A stretch of DNA of 64,000 bases, taken from assembly GCF_963506605.1 (NCBI RefSeq), contig NC_083280.1:36208001-36272000 (forward strand), written 5' to 3'. The stretch is from Zootoca vivipara. Lineage: Eukaryota. A program made the translations under genes and the position numbers. Every line of letters begins with the position of its first letter. The first letter of the stretch is position 1. The notes beneath the pieces are model-generated. The model was not told the DNA's origin, searched no databases, and saw only the letters and a list, made by a program, of their open reading frames with translations. This document shows, in pieces, positions 39,107 through 52,530 of the stretch.

Positions 39107-39465
39107 GGTAAAGGTAAAGGCCATAAAGTAAAGGTAAAGGGACCCCTGACCATTAGGTCCAGTCGTGACCGACTCTGGGGTTGTGGCGCTCATCTCGCGT
39201 TATTGGCTGAGGGAGCCGGCATACAGCTTCCAGGTCATGTGGCCAACATGACAAAGCCGCTTCTGGTGAACCAGAGCAGCACACGGAAACGCTGTTTACC
39301 TTACCTATTTATCTACTTGCACTTTGACGTGCTTTCGAACTGCTAGGTGGGCAGGAGCTGGACTGAGCAACGGGAGCTCACCCCGTCGCAGGGATTCGAA
39401 CCGCTGACCTTCTGATCGGCAAGCCCTAGGCTCAGTGGTTTATCCCACAGCGCCACCTGCGTCCC
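39107..39465 (-). mobile_element. Sauria SINE
   Basis: (AAAGGT)n tail at left, head at right. Confidence 0.88.
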
Positions 39466-40031
39466 TATTAAAAAATAGTCATAAGTAAAAAAAAATACAT
39501 TATAATTTGAACATATTCAAATGAAGACATATACAAGTAATAAAAATTAGAAAAAGCAAAAAACAAAAAAACAAACCCCATAACAACAGTAGAAAGCTTT
39601 GGAAGCACACTAGCAGAAAACAACACCATCATCATTCATCCAAAATCTGGGGGAAATGTACTTTTTTTCCTGGCACTGAAAAAAATGTCAGCGAAGGCGC
39701 AAGGCAGACCTCACTGTTCCACAAAGAGGGTTTATTAAAAGAATTCGAACAGGCCTGCAGCAAGTTCTCTCCTAGGTCAGGAGTGGGGAACCTATAGCCT
39801 CCCAGAAGTTGTTGGACTCCAACTCCCATCATCCCCAACCCAACATGGCTGGCTATCGGAGATTATGGGAGTAGCAGTGCAACAACATGTGAAGAGCCGC
39901 AAGTTCCCCATCCTTGTCCTCAGCCAAAGGAAGGGATGGAATTAGGTGTTGTGAGGCTTGGGTGCACATTGATTTGCTGTCCTTGAAGACAACACACACC
40001 CTTCAAAGATTTCACAGGTTCTCTGCTTACA

Positions 40032-40079
<48 letters not shown>

Positions 40080-40410
40080 TTATTATTTATACCCCGCCCA
40101 TCTGGCCGGGTTCCCCCAGCCACTCTGGGCGGCTTCCAACAAAACACTAAAATACAGAAATCCATCAAACATTAAAAGCTTCCCTAAACAGGGCTGCCTT
40201 GAGATGCCTTCTAAAGGTCTGGTAATTGTTGTTCTCTTTGACCTCTAGTGGGAGGGCATTCCACAGGGTGGGTGCCACTACCGAGAAGGCCCTCTGCCTG
40301 GTTCCCTGTAACTTGGCTTCTCATAGAGAGGGAACCGCCAGAAGGCCCTCGGAGCTGGACCTCAGTGTCCGGGCAGAACGATGGGGGTGGAGACGCTCCT
40401 TCAGGTATAC
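40032..40410 (-). mobile_element. L2-like LINE 3' fragment with (TAA)n microsatellite tail
   Basis: Family of 6222-6575; ends about 80 bp before the NEU4 acceptor. Confidence 0.78.
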
Positions 40411-40440
40411 CGGACCAAATGTTTGCTGTGAGGTTTTTAA

Positions 40441-40752
<312 letters not shown>

Positions 40753-41278
40753 TGACAGGACTGAAACTTAAGGCGTAGAGGAAATTATCTGTGACATCCT
40801 TGTGAGTTTCCCACAGGCATCTGGTTGGCCACTTTGAGAAGAGGATGCTGGACTAGATGGGCCTGATCTAGCGGACTGTTCTTGTATCTGTCTCTGCGAT
40901 GCGCTTTCTTTGCCACTTCTTTTGTTGTCAGGAATAATATAACTGGTGCCTCTTGATACTCTAAAACTCCCACCTTGTTCAGCCACACATATAGCAACCG
41001 TAATAACCAAGAATGGACCAGAGCAAATTAAATGATCAATATAGTAGTGCCTCTGGTTATGAACTTAATTCCTTGCGGAGGTCCATTCTTAACCTGAAAT
41101 TGTTCTTAACCTGAGGTTTATACCTGGTTTCTCTTTAAGGTTTCCAGACTCAAAAGAGAGCAGGGCAATTAAAGGCACAGAAGTCCTGTTCTCTATTGAG
41201 TCTGGAAACCCTACCGGTAGATGCCGGGGAAGAAAAATGAATTGGCTTCCTAACTCTTTTACCATCTTTCTTTGCCAG

Positions 41279-41534
41279 TGGGAAGATATGCGAGCCCTTG
41301 AAACAGCAACTCTGGCACACCATCGGTCCATGAACCCTTGCCCTATCTATGATGAGCTTACAGGCATGGTTTTCTTGTTTTTCATTGCTGTCCTGGGCAG
41401 AACCCCTGAAGCCTTTCAGATCATCACAGGCCAAAATGCTGCCCGCCTCTGCTACGTGTCTAGTTCTGACCAGGGCATCAGCTGGAGCCATGTGACTGAT
41501 CTCACCCAGCAAGTTATTGGCGTGTCCATTGAAG
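41279..41534 (+). CDS. NEU4: NEU4 coding exon 2
   Basis: HRSMNPCPIYD...SSSDQGISW Asp box. Confidence 0.95.
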
Positions 41535-42758
41535 GTACGAGACACAGGAGCAGTTTACTTAATGAATGAATTATGAAATGTATATACCACCTTTGCTCCC
41601 AAAGGAATCCACAGTGACAACCAAGAAGCAACAAAACAATATTAATAATAACAAATCTTTAAAGCATCTTAAAAATAATTTAAATACAGATCCAGGCTGG
41701 GAAAGATCTCATCTTAAAAGATCTGTTGAAAGAGAATATGGTCTTTAGCAGGATGACAGCATACTTACCAACTGACCCACTTCCCACTGTGACAGTACAG
41801 CAGCCATTTGGAGCACTTTGGTCTCACACAATTTCAGGCCAAGAACTTGCTCCCCGCCCCCAGCCCCAGCACCTTTTCTGGGCCCGCAATCTTGCACAGG
41901 ATTTTGGACCAGGAAAATGGTGTCCTGGATTTGGGCCCCATTGTGTTGGAGGGTGTGAAACACAGACAGTGCCTGCCTATTATTCATGGGGAGGGAATTT
42001 AAAGGGTTGGTATCAGAACACTAAAGGCCCAATTCCTACATTGTCTGGACTAGACCTCCAGATAAGGTGGTATCTATAGGAAGCTTTCCCCTGCAGAGCA
42101 CAGTGATCAACTAGATATATAAGTGGTGAGATGATCTTTTATGTTAATAAAGGAGAAGGAATGGAAAAGGGATACATTTAATGAGCATTCATTCTGATTC
42201 ATTTGTGAGGAGGTTGGGTGATGTTGCATCAAAGCAAGCAACTTGGCTGACACTTTTTTCATTGTAAAAGCTTTGATATTTGGGGAGAGAGGGTTTGTTG
42301 CACAAGAGCTCCCAACCAACTATAACTATGCTATCCGAATTTGTTGGTTTGTGACAGTGGCAATCTGGGAATGCCTAAAGAGTTTTGTGGCACCTCAAAG
42401 AGTAACACATTTATCAATTTATTATAACTTATCCAGAAGTTTGATTGTTTCCATGTGGCATTAAATCACAACAATGGTTTTTTGTCCCACTAGAGGTGTT
42501 CACTGACAGAGCAAAGTTTGGATGAGTGTGCTATCAGCTTTCTGTTCATTTTGCATACCAAAAAGCTTTAATTGAATTGTCACAGACTATGTAGTTTGAA
42601 CTTCATTGCCATTTGATCCCACTGTTTGCAACTTTATTTCTTGACATGTCCTCCTCACTTGTCAAATGAGAACAAAACTTCATGCATCTGATGAAGTGGA
42701 CTCTGTTATACAAAAGCTGGCGCCATAATAAATGTGAACTTCATTGCCACTTAGTGGA

Positions 42759-42945
42759 AGGGCTGTAGCTCAGCGGTAGAGAATGTACCTTTCATGCAGA
42801 AGGTCCCAGGTTCAATCCCTGGCATCTCTAGGTAGGACTGGGAGAGACTCCCTCTCTGAAAGCCTGGAGACCTGTTGTCAGTCAGCGCAGGCAGTCCTGA
42901 GCTAGATGGACCAATGTGTCTGACTCCATATAAAGCAGTTTATAT
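42759..42945 (+). mobile_element. tRNA-derived squamate SINE (Squam3-like)
   Basis: gggctgtagctcagcggtagag...ggttcaatccctggcatctc head, then SINE body. Confidence 0.72.
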
Positions 42946-42995
42946 TCATGACTGTTGTCATTGTTCCTGACACTGTCTTTTCCCTTTTGCTTCAG

Positions 42996-44047
42996 ACTGG
43001 GCCACTTTTGCGCTAGGCCCCGGGCACGGCATTCAACTGAAGTCAGGCCGCCTGCTATTGCCAGCCTATGCTTACCACATCGACTGCAAAGAGTGCTTTG
43101 GGAAGCTCTGCAAAACCACCCCTCATGCTTTCACCTTCTACAGCGATGACCACGGGCAGAGCTGGCAGTTTGGCGAGTTCATCCCAAACCTGCAGACCGT
43201 CGAGTGCCAGATGGTGTCGGTGGATGAGGAGGACGGCAGCAACGTGCTCTACTGCAACGCCAGGAGTCCTCTGGGCTTCCGGGTGCAGGCCCTCAGCACG
43301 GATGATGGGGCCGTATTTCACTCAGGCCAGCTGGTGCAGCGGCTTGTGGAGACCCCGCACGGTTGCCATGGCAGCATCATCGGGTTCCCAGCTCCGCTTT
43401 ACTATTTGCAGCGCAACACTTGCGTATTCCAGAGAGACACCCGCTCTGATAAAGATGTGGGCTTCCTACCTCAGGGTTGGTCTGATGAGAAACACCCACC
43501 TAGTCTTGCCTCACCTACCCCTTTTTTCTGCAGCCAGTCTCTGAGCCACCGACAGCCTCAGGAAACAAGAACTTCTAGTGTCTGCTCTGGTCACCTCTCA
43601 TCAGGTAAAGGACATGCTGATCCAGAACATGCTAAAGCTGGAAGTATTTCGCAATCGGGCTTTTCTTTCCAAATGCCAACGTGGGTGCTGTATTGCCACC
43701 CAACGAGCTCCAGATCCCGAGTCAACCTGGGGATTTACCTCAGCACCTTTCCTAGGGATGCTGAGAGCTGGACTGAGCCCTGGGTTATTTACGAAGGCCC
43801 CAGCGCCTACTCCGACCTGGCCTACATTGAGCTGCCTTATCCAGACTTGTCAATAACTGGGATCCCAGCCATAGCTTTTGCCTGCCTGTATGAGAACGGG
43901 GTGCGGTCCCCCTATGAGCAAATATCCTTCAGCATGTTCACGTTGCATGAAGTTCTTCAGAACATTCCTCTCGCAACTTCTGCCCCAGGTTTGAAGCAGC
44001 CGTCAGGTGGTAGAAAGAGAAAGGGGAAGAGTTGTGTTATTTCTTAA
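42996..44047 (+). CDS. NEU4: NEU4 last coding exon
   Basis: WATFALGPGHGIQL; Asp boxes SDDHGQSW and STDDGAVF; NEU4-type Ser/Pro-rich insert; EGPSAYSDL; the 3 exons total 1509 nt = 502 aa + stop. Confidence 0.96.
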
Positions 44048-44328
44048 AGGTCATGGCAGAGGGTCAAACTTAATGTCATGCTAAAGATGTCACTAGAAAC
44101 CATGTCAATTTTTATATTACTAATATCAAGCGCGAAGGCAGATTTTCATAGAGAATGCAGCAAGCAAGAAGGAGTAGAGGTTTAATCTTTCCCTCCTGTT
44201 GTATTCTGCTGAGTTTGCGTTTTGTTAATTTTGCCCCTAGGAGCACCCAGTAGCTGAGGAAGGAGGTGGAAGGAAGGAGAAGAGAGAGGGAGCTAAGAAT
44301 ATGGTTGAGAATGTGGCTGGAGGTTATC

Positions 44329-44334
44329 AATAAA
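44329..44334 (+). terminator. Probable NEU4 polyadenylation signal
   Basis: AATAAA about 280 nt after the stop codon. Confidence 0.55.
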
Positions 44335-44791
44335 GCTCTATTTGAAAATCATTAGAATATCTTTCTTCTGGTTGAAGGAATAATACAAAACCCCTACAAG
44401 TAGGAAAGCATAATGCAAAAGCCCATGGGATTCTTTCCAAAAGAATTATCTCAGATATCCATTCAAACTCCAGTTCCTATGCTATCACCACTACTTTGCT
44501 TTCAAACAATGAAACACACAAAGTAGAGAAAGCGACCTATGCACTTAGACCAGCCTTCTGTATTGGCTTTTTGGAGGGGGGCGGGAGCAGGGGGGGGCAG
44601 GGAGTGGGAAATCCCCTATGTGCCAAATGGATGCTGATATCAGCTAAAGGGATTTCATTCAGGACAGTGGTATTAGCTGTATACCCCCTGCCCGGCACCA
44701 GCACCTTATGCATAAAAAAACCAACCCTGCACATTAGATGCAAAGACACATAAATGTCACATCTACTTTAGCCCTGTAGTAAGAGAGTGAA

Positions 44792-45140
44792 GGGACCCAG
44801 GTGGCACTGTGGGTTAAACCACTGAGCCTAGGGATCAGAAGGTCGGCGGTTTGGATCCCTGTGACGGCGTGAGCTCCCGTTGCTTGGTCCCAGCTCCTGC
44901 CAACCTAGCAGTTCGAAAGCACGTCAAAGTGCAAGTAGACAAATAGGAACCGCTATAGCGGGAAGGTAAACGGCGTTTCCATGTGCTGCTCTGGTTTGTC
45001 AGAAGCGGCTTTGTCATGCTGGCCACATGACCTGGAAGCTATACGCCGGCTCCCTCGGCCAATAATGCGAGATGAGCGTGCAACCCCAGAGTCGGTCACG
45101 ACTGGACCTAATGGTCAGGGGTCCCTCTACCTTTACCTTT
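44792..45140 (+). mobile_element. Sauria SINE, full length
   Basis: TSD AAGAGAGTGAA at 44781-44791 and 45141-45151. Confidence 0.92.
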
Positions 45141-46303
45141 AAGAGAGTGAAACCTGTCAATTTTCTTAAAGCTCTTCCTGAGCAATCAGGACCTGACTAG
45201 CTTGGGCCTGCCACCTGCTGGCCAATGCTTGACCATTGTGTCTAGAAGAAATTTCTTCCCTGGGACAATAAAAAGGATGGGTTTCCAAGTCAGGCTCTAG
45301 AGAGCTCCTCTAGATTGCTGCTTTATTGCAGGTGTATTCTGCAACAAACTCTTAACAATAGTGCATTAGTGGTGGATGTTTTTTCTGCTTTAGTTTGTTG
45401 TGGAATGAGTGCTTCCCCAAAGCTTCCAGGTTATTGCTGCCTGGGAGGGGCTATAGCACAACCGAAGCAGAACAAAAATAAACCAGAACATTTGTGGTAT
45501 AAAAAGTTACAGCATTTCAGCAGGAAGTTACAGGATATGCACTGAATGGAATTACTACCCCAAAGCGTTTTCAGGTACAAAAAAACAGGATCGCATGTGA
45601 CTGCCTGATAGCATAATGAACACAAATAAAAAGGATGTCTGGAGAGGACCTTTGACCCAATATTAGGGCATTAGTGGCGGATTTCTTCTGCCTTTGGGGG
45701 AGGAGCTGTTACCAATTACCCATTCATGATGTCTCAAAAACCTGTTTACAATATTAAGCCATCATCTGAAAACTCCCTTTGTTTTTGAGGTGAGGTGAGG
45801 CAATAGTGTTACAGTACAGTCAATTCAGGTGTGTAAGGATTGTGTCACAACTGAAGTGAAAAATAAACACTTGAGGGAAGTGGAGGACAATGGGGAAATT
45901 ATGGAGAATGCAACCATCCAGAATGAATGCTATCTGACTTCTCAGAAATAAAAAGAGTGGGTGAATGGTATCAGAAATGAAGAAAAGTGGCACCACGGTG
46001 ACATCTGGTAGCCTTGAAATCTATTATAATAAGTATCTTTGGCTGAAATCACTTTTAAAATGTATAGAAAAATAGGTATCTTTATTTATTTTCACACAAG
46101 TTTTTAGCAGCTTCAATCAACAAGGCCACCTATCATGATGGCAATTAACACAAAACAAGGTCTGAACATAACACACCAAGGCAATTGTTTTCTGACAAGT
46201 TTTGAATGTTGTGGAAGAAGAAATACAGGTCATCCCACTCAAAATATACCCCCTTCTCTCTCGAAAATAATAAGTCTCCTGAACCTACTCTTGTAACAGA
46301 AGG

Positions 46304-46388
46304 TAGGGTTGCCATATTACCAAAGATGAAAATCGGGGCAAAGTTGCTGAGCTTATTTTTGGGGAAACACGGACATATGGCAGTCCTA
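46304..46388. mobile_element. Short hAT MITE (tagggttgcca termini)
   Basis: TIR tagggttgccatat / atatggcagtccta; CAGAAGG duplication. Confidence 0.7.
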
Positions 46389-49028
46389 CAGAAGGTATAC
46401 AAAACACAGACCTGGAAACACAGCTCTCCTGCCCTACCCTTCCCAATTAATCTTCAGCAGCATAATCAGGAAAATACTGTATTGCAATTCATTAAAAATG
46501 AGCTGTTCGTACAGATGTACATTTGTTTCCCTTAATTTTCAACTAATTAAACACCAGTCTTAATATGAGTATTTAAAAGTATTGAATGGATTTTTGGGTT
46601 GTGCGGCTTGTCAGCTCTACACATTCCCTTCATCCAGGGGTGAGGAACTTGTGACCTTTCAGATGCTGCTGGCCTCCAACTTTCATCAGCCCCAGGCAGT
46701 CCAGCCAACGGTCCTGGATGTTATCTAGGAACTTCTGGAAGTCCATAGGTTCCCCTTCCTGGAGGGTGGAAATGTGTGCGGTTTGGTGAAGAGAATTCAG
46801 GAAGGCAGTTTCCATTTCTGGAGCCCTGCAGGCCCTCAGGGGCCTCTCCTGTGAGCAAAACAGATTAGAACTGTCTCCTTGATGTTGCTCTGTCTTGTTC
46901 CTAGACCATCCTTGCCTTTGCTTGAGAAAATGTACACGTTTCTAGCATTTGACTAGCTCTAAACTTTAAAGTCTGACTAAAGCAGCACTGATCCCTTTCT
47001 TAGACCAATGTATTAGGTGGCTCTTAGTGGTGCCTCTTTCCACCTGCCAACCAATCCACAACATAGACCTGTGAACTGATGATGCCAAGAACTCAAAAAT
47101 ATGTTGCTCATCAGGTTTGGCCTTCTCAATTGAAGGGCCTGTGGCAAAGGAGGCAGAAAGTAGAGCCCCAAAGCCAAAAGACCTGATACAAACTGAAACT
47201 TTGTGCAAAAAATCTCTATATTCATGCCTCCTGTGTAGCCATTCCCCCCCCCCTCCCAGAACAACCCAACATGCTTTCTGCCTTGATTTCCTGCCGGCAG
47301 GAGTGTTTGAATTTTAGATATAACATGAACATGTGTTCATTCAGCATAGGAAAGGAGACTTGGGTAGACGTTAAGGAAGTATAAATAATTAAATAAATAA
47401 CACAACAACATTACTGAGATCAATAAACGCAGGTCGTCATTCTAGATCTGTGACATTGTAAGCATTTCCTTAGTGACAGCAGTTCCAGTCTACACCTCCT
47501 GACAGTAGCTGACAATGATGCCCATGGAAGACAATGATATTCCTTGCACTGAAAGGTGGGCGGTGGCTCATTACCGTCTGGCAAGCAGCATCTTGAGGCT
47601 TCAGGAGCAACAGAGGAATCAGAAATACGCAGAGGCTGCAGCAACAAAGGTTGATGATTGTGGATACAGGTTAATGCACATATCTTTGTAATCTCACATA
47701 CAGAGATTAAGTAAACAATGTCTGTCATCTTGATCCTAAAGATCTGATGTTGCAAACAATAAAAATGTGTGGGCCAAAGTATCTGAGTATGCTGGTCTGG
47801 GTGTTTCACAGAAATCTTCATCAGAGTTTGACTCAGTTTTCTCTTAATTATATATATACTCCCAAGCCTATTTAAATTGGTTCAATAAAATACATAGTGC
47901 AAGGGTGATTAATCTGGAGTCCTCTAAATGTTGCAGGACTACAACTCTCATCATTCCTGACCATTGGCCATGCTTGCTGGCATTGATGGGAGTTGAAGTC
48001 CATTACCTCTGAAGGGTCACAAGTTCACCTCTCCTGCTATAATGTAATTGCAAAAATGAGGGAAACAAACTGAAATGTTATTATTTTCAAAACTGCTCCA
48101 GGGCATGTTGTTTTCAGCTGTGAGCTGCCAGAGCTAGAACTAGGAACCAGTGCATTTTGCTTGGGGCTGGGTAAAGATCTGTGTAACTTTGGGACTCCAT
48201 GTTCTAAAATATTAGGAGCAGACGTTTTATTATTCTGTCCCAGAATCCTAGATTTCTTTCATGTCACCTGCCTGCCGTCTTCTTCTCATTCCATCTTGGG
48301 ATGTAATCTTTATGGCTACAACTTTAAGACTTCTTTTGTTGTTATTTTTTTGTCCCGGCCCTCCTCCCCCGCCCTTCTCACTACTTTGTGTAACATCCTG
48401 CCTGTTTAAGAGGTCTGGAGAAATCAAAAGCTTGCTCACTATTTTGTGATATTTTGATTGGCTCTAGCAAAAATATTACTGAATTGTGGGTTTTAGCATT
48501 CATCTTATGGGCCCACACAACTTCCTTTCCCCTCTTCTACTATTGCTGACTCTCCCTACTTACTCCCCAACTGCGCGCGCGCACACACACACACACACAG
48601 CACCTTTCCAAGCATCCACAAAGCTATTTGGTCTCTACCTACTGCTGAAACCACCACCACAACCCTGCTCTATTCCTTTTAATATTTCTAGCTGCTGCAA
48701 TAAGAGCCCGGTGATCTGTATCTTTGTTGCATGTCTGACTTTTATTGCTGTCTTTTTGGTAATGTGGTAATATGGAAGCTTTCCCTATTGGTCAGCCAGC
48801 ATTCATATTATGTTATTCCCCTTCCCACTATCACAAAGGTAACTACTCTGACCAACCGCTACCCTTCTTATTAGGTATCTGCGTTGACAAGGGTAGAAGA
48901 AATGTTAGCAACCATCATTTGCTTCTAACTTCCCCTGTTGGTGTGTGGATGCAGGCAGAGGGACCATTCACAGCCAACAACAACAACAACAACAACAAAG
49001 TCACAAAATTTTAGTGAATTCCTGTTAC

Positions 49029-49218
49029 CTATTTCTTTTCACATAAGCCACAGAAACATCCAAAAAAGCCATTGATGATCTGGAGAACAGCAAGGACCAT
49101 TTCCACTGTGCTGATGATTAAGAGAGCCGAGAAGAAATAGACATTCCAGCTCACAATATTATGTGGCTCGATGCACACTTTGTTCCAAAGGGGAGGATCA
49201 TACAAATAATTTTGAGTC
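49029..49218 (-). CDS. TM4SF19: Transmembrane 4 L6 family protein (TM4SF19-like), coding exon 4
   Basis: TQNYLYDPPLWNKVCIEPHNIVSWNVYFFSALL...INGFFGCFCGLCEKK-TAG. Confidence 0.8.
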
Positions 49219-49580
49219 CTTAAAGGAACAGATTTTGAATGAGAAAGTTGCAAGTGAAGAGACATTATAAACGAAGGATAAGGGAAAGCTGTTCAATCAG
49301 GAGATGTTATTTTTTGTACATTTTAAAATAATAATAATTTATTACTCATACCCTATTCCTCTGACTGGGTTGCCCCAGCCACTCTGGGAGGCTTCCAACA
49401 GAATATTAGAGAAAGATTAGGTAAAGATTTCCGGATTTACTGGGTTACTGAGTATGCTATCCTGTGCACCATTTTTCCTTGAATGGTTTTACACTTACAA
49501 TATAATATTAAATCTTGTCTTCGCTGGTTGCATTGTCTCAAGATCCATGTGGTTGCCCTTCCAACATCATCATTGTAGAA

Positions 49581-49716
49581 CAGGCATCCCCAAACTGCAG
49601 CCCTCCATATGTTTTGGCCTACAACTCCTATGATCCCTAGCTAACAGGACCAGTGGTCGGGGAAGATGGGAATTGTAGTCCAAAACATCTGGAGGGCCGA
49701 AGTTTGAGGATGCCTG
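49581..49716. mobile_element. 136-bp hairpin hAT MITE
   Basis: TSD TTGTAGAA. Confidence 0.88.
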
Positions 49717-50348
49717 TTGTAGAAGTTAGTAGCAGTAATAGTAATTCACCTGGACAGAAGATCTCTCTGCCTTAGGATTCCTTGCACTTGCAAGTGCCGC
49801 TGCTTTGTTGACATCCCAGTTCTACTGACCTTCCACTACGATAGAGTTCCTCAACAGTGATCCATGCATGCTAAGACTCCTTCACTTTCCCTCTCCCAGC
49901 AACATTTATCCCTACATATTCTTTGGTGCTTCTTGTGATTGCCAGTGCCCCCAGTCCAGTTTCTCTCTGTGTGTTTTGATGCACAGGACAGGTAATATTT
50001 CCCTGGGAAATAGCTCAAGCTAGCCTCACAATTTAATTCAGCAATGCAAATACGGTCTCCTGAACTACATGAGCCACGTCTAATGGGAGAGTCAGTAACA
50101 GAGAACTTGTTTGGAAACAATGACACAGTCAATATAATTGTTCTGTCTTCAGGAACAACAATATACAGAAAGACATATGCCCTTTCAGACATCCTTTTTA
50201 TTGTGCATTCACGATTATTTGTGCCCATGATGGGACTGGGACAGTTATATGTGATCTCACTTTCAATACTGTTTGTTCCTGCAAAAGCTTCAGGGCAAAC
50301 ATACTGTAGCTTCGTGCTTAAATTCTGCAACTTTTCATACCACAACTG

Positions 50349-50700
50349 CATAGCTGCCAAGTCTCCCGTATTCCCCGGGAAACCCCCGTTTTTCTAGCTG
50401 TTCCCAGTTTATTCTGGCGCGGCGGCCATTTTGGAACTGGGCAGAGCATGCTCAGAAGCGACTTTTGATGCTGCTTTGCCCAGTTCCAAAATGGCTGCAG
50501 CACGACTTCTGGCCTGCTACTTCCGGTTCAGTCCCTGATATTTAGCAATATTCTCAGTTTAGATCAGGCACCCCCAAACTTCGGCCCTCCAGATGTTTTG
50601 GACTACAATTCCCATCTTCCCCAACCACTGGTCCTGTTAGCTAGGGATCATGGGAGTTGTAGGCCAAAACATCTGGAGGGCCGTAGTTTGGGGATGCCTG
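50349..50700. mobile_element. Compound insertion: truncated catagctgccaag hAT element + short filler + 136-bp MITE (50565-50700)
   Basis: First element has only its left TIR; the MITE lacks a matching TSD. Confidence 0.7.
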
Positions 50701-51039
50701 CACTATAGCATAAGAGGGGGGCATTGGACAGCAATACTGTAGTATCACTCAGGAAGCATTACAGAAGAACTAATAAAGTGGAATGATGTTTGGGCAGTGC
50801 ACCATCCATTCAATCCTATACTGCATCAATTAGATGCTGCAGAATAGACCTGGCAAAAACCCCATCTCTCTGGAGGGCCTATCATCAAGTCATTGTTTGC
50901 AGCTCATTTTTTTGGCCATGACTCTGAACTCAATGGAGAATGGGTCTCAGTTTTCACCACTAAGCAAAAGCAGCTCTCGGCGCAGGTTAATAGGCATTGC
51001 TCTTCCATAAAATGACCCATGACCTCCAGGTTTCTTTAC

Positions 51040-51224
51040 CTGATGTTCGAGGACTGACTGTGTGTTTGAAGGAATGGATAATCCCACTGAGTCATCTGCG
51101 TCCCATTGTGGGTGGTGCAGCTATAAAAGCAGAGAGGTCCCTCTGTCAAGCCCACACCAGACAAAACAAAGCAAGCAGCTGATCCCAGCAAGGCCAGTCC
51201 TGATAATACAATGGAGAGAAACAT
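51040..51224 (-). CDS. TM4SF19: TM4SF19-like coding exon 3
   Basis: MFLSIVLSGLALLGSAACFVLSGVGLTEGPLC...WDYPF; L6-family GPLC and WxYPF motifs. Confidence 0.8.
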
Positions 51225-51921
51225 CTGTGGGCAAAAGAGGCATAGAAATTAAGGGCACTTCCAGATGATCTGATAACAGAGCATTGATCCTGACTTGTTT
51301 GCAAGGAGATGAGATGATGGCGGCTATTTAATGAGCGCTTACTCCGTTTTGTGTTCCAGTGCAGTTTCCTGTCACTTTCCTTATCATGAAAAGTTTGATG
51401 TTTTGAGGAAGTGTGATTATTGCTCAAGACCTCCCAGTCATTGATAATTGTGCAAGCTGAATTTGCTGGTACATTGACCGAATCCCACCCAAAGGTATTG
51501 ACAGTCAGGAAGTGGCCTAATTCCAGTTACGCAAGACCCCTTTAACTACACTACTGAACCTCAATAACTTCTGACTGCTACACTACAGGCACCAGGGTTT
51601 TTTTCCCTGCTCCAGCAACAGGCTGCAAGACTCCTGGATGGGGGAATGCACCCTCCAAGTTTGGATTAGGGTGGGGCGTGCCAAGGTCCTTGACCATGAC
51701 TAGTGACTAGTGGAGTCAGGTTGAAAAGTGTAGAGTCTGGTCCATTAGGACAAATGGGGTACTGCACCATTCACCTCTTTCATCCAGCCCCATCTGCCTG
51801 CCTTCATGTTGACAACCAGTCTAGGTCTGGCACTGCTTGTCAACTTCCTTCTCCTTGGTCTTAAGTCATATCAGGACCATACTCTCAAAGCACTGCAATA
51901 TTCCTTTAACAGTCTCCCAAA

Positions 51922-52066
51922 CAGTGCTTTTTTTCTTTTTAAAAAATGTTTAGGGGTACTCTCATTTTCCTACTCATTTTGAAATACTGCCTCTCAATGA
52001 TTCACAAAATGTTTAGGGGTATGCGTACCCCTGTGTGTCCCCCCCCCCCCGCAGGAAAAAGCACTG
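51922..52066. mobile_element. hAT MITE (cagtgctttt termini)
   Basis: TIR cagtgcttttt / aaaaagcactg; TSD (C/T)TCCCAAA. Confidence 0.78.
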
Positions 52067-52449
52067 TTCCCAAATAATGTTTAGGGAAGTTTTTAATCTG
52101 TGATATTTTAATGTATTTTGGTTATTGTTGGAAGCCGCCCAGAGTGGCGGGGGAAACCCAGCCAGATGGGTGGGGTATAAATAAAAAAATAATAAATAAT
52201 AATAATAATCCTTGTAGTCTGCTAAGGGCACTGAGAGTCTTTAGGAGACCCCCCATTCCCCTAACTGAGCCACAGTTTTCAGGGTTCCCTGGGAAGAGGC
52301 ATTGATTGTGAAACCACTCTGAGAACTATGAAAATGCTGAACTGTGTACAGTATCAAACTGGACCTTTGTCAAGAATCTGACTGTTAAGCCCTGCCATGA
52401 ACGTCGGGGGCCTTTCATAAGAGGAACAAATGAGCTACCACCCTCATAC

Positions 52450-52530
52450 CTTTTGGCAAGTTCCGCAAGTGCATGGGGCGTTCTTTCCCCTGAATCCAAT
52501 AACTGTGATCTGAACTGCGGCTGGGAAGAC
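52450..52530 (-). CDS. TM4SF19: TM4SF19-like coding exon 2
   Basis: VFPAAVQITVIGFRGKNAPCTCGTCQK; ccacag acceptor, AAG|GTATGA donor, phase 0/0. Confidence 0.78.

Noticed and set aside
49851-50360. 169-aa minus-strand ORF in a TM4SF19-like intron
   Set aside because: Its ATG comes from a hAT TIR and it runs through an old dispersed repeat; no recognisable homology
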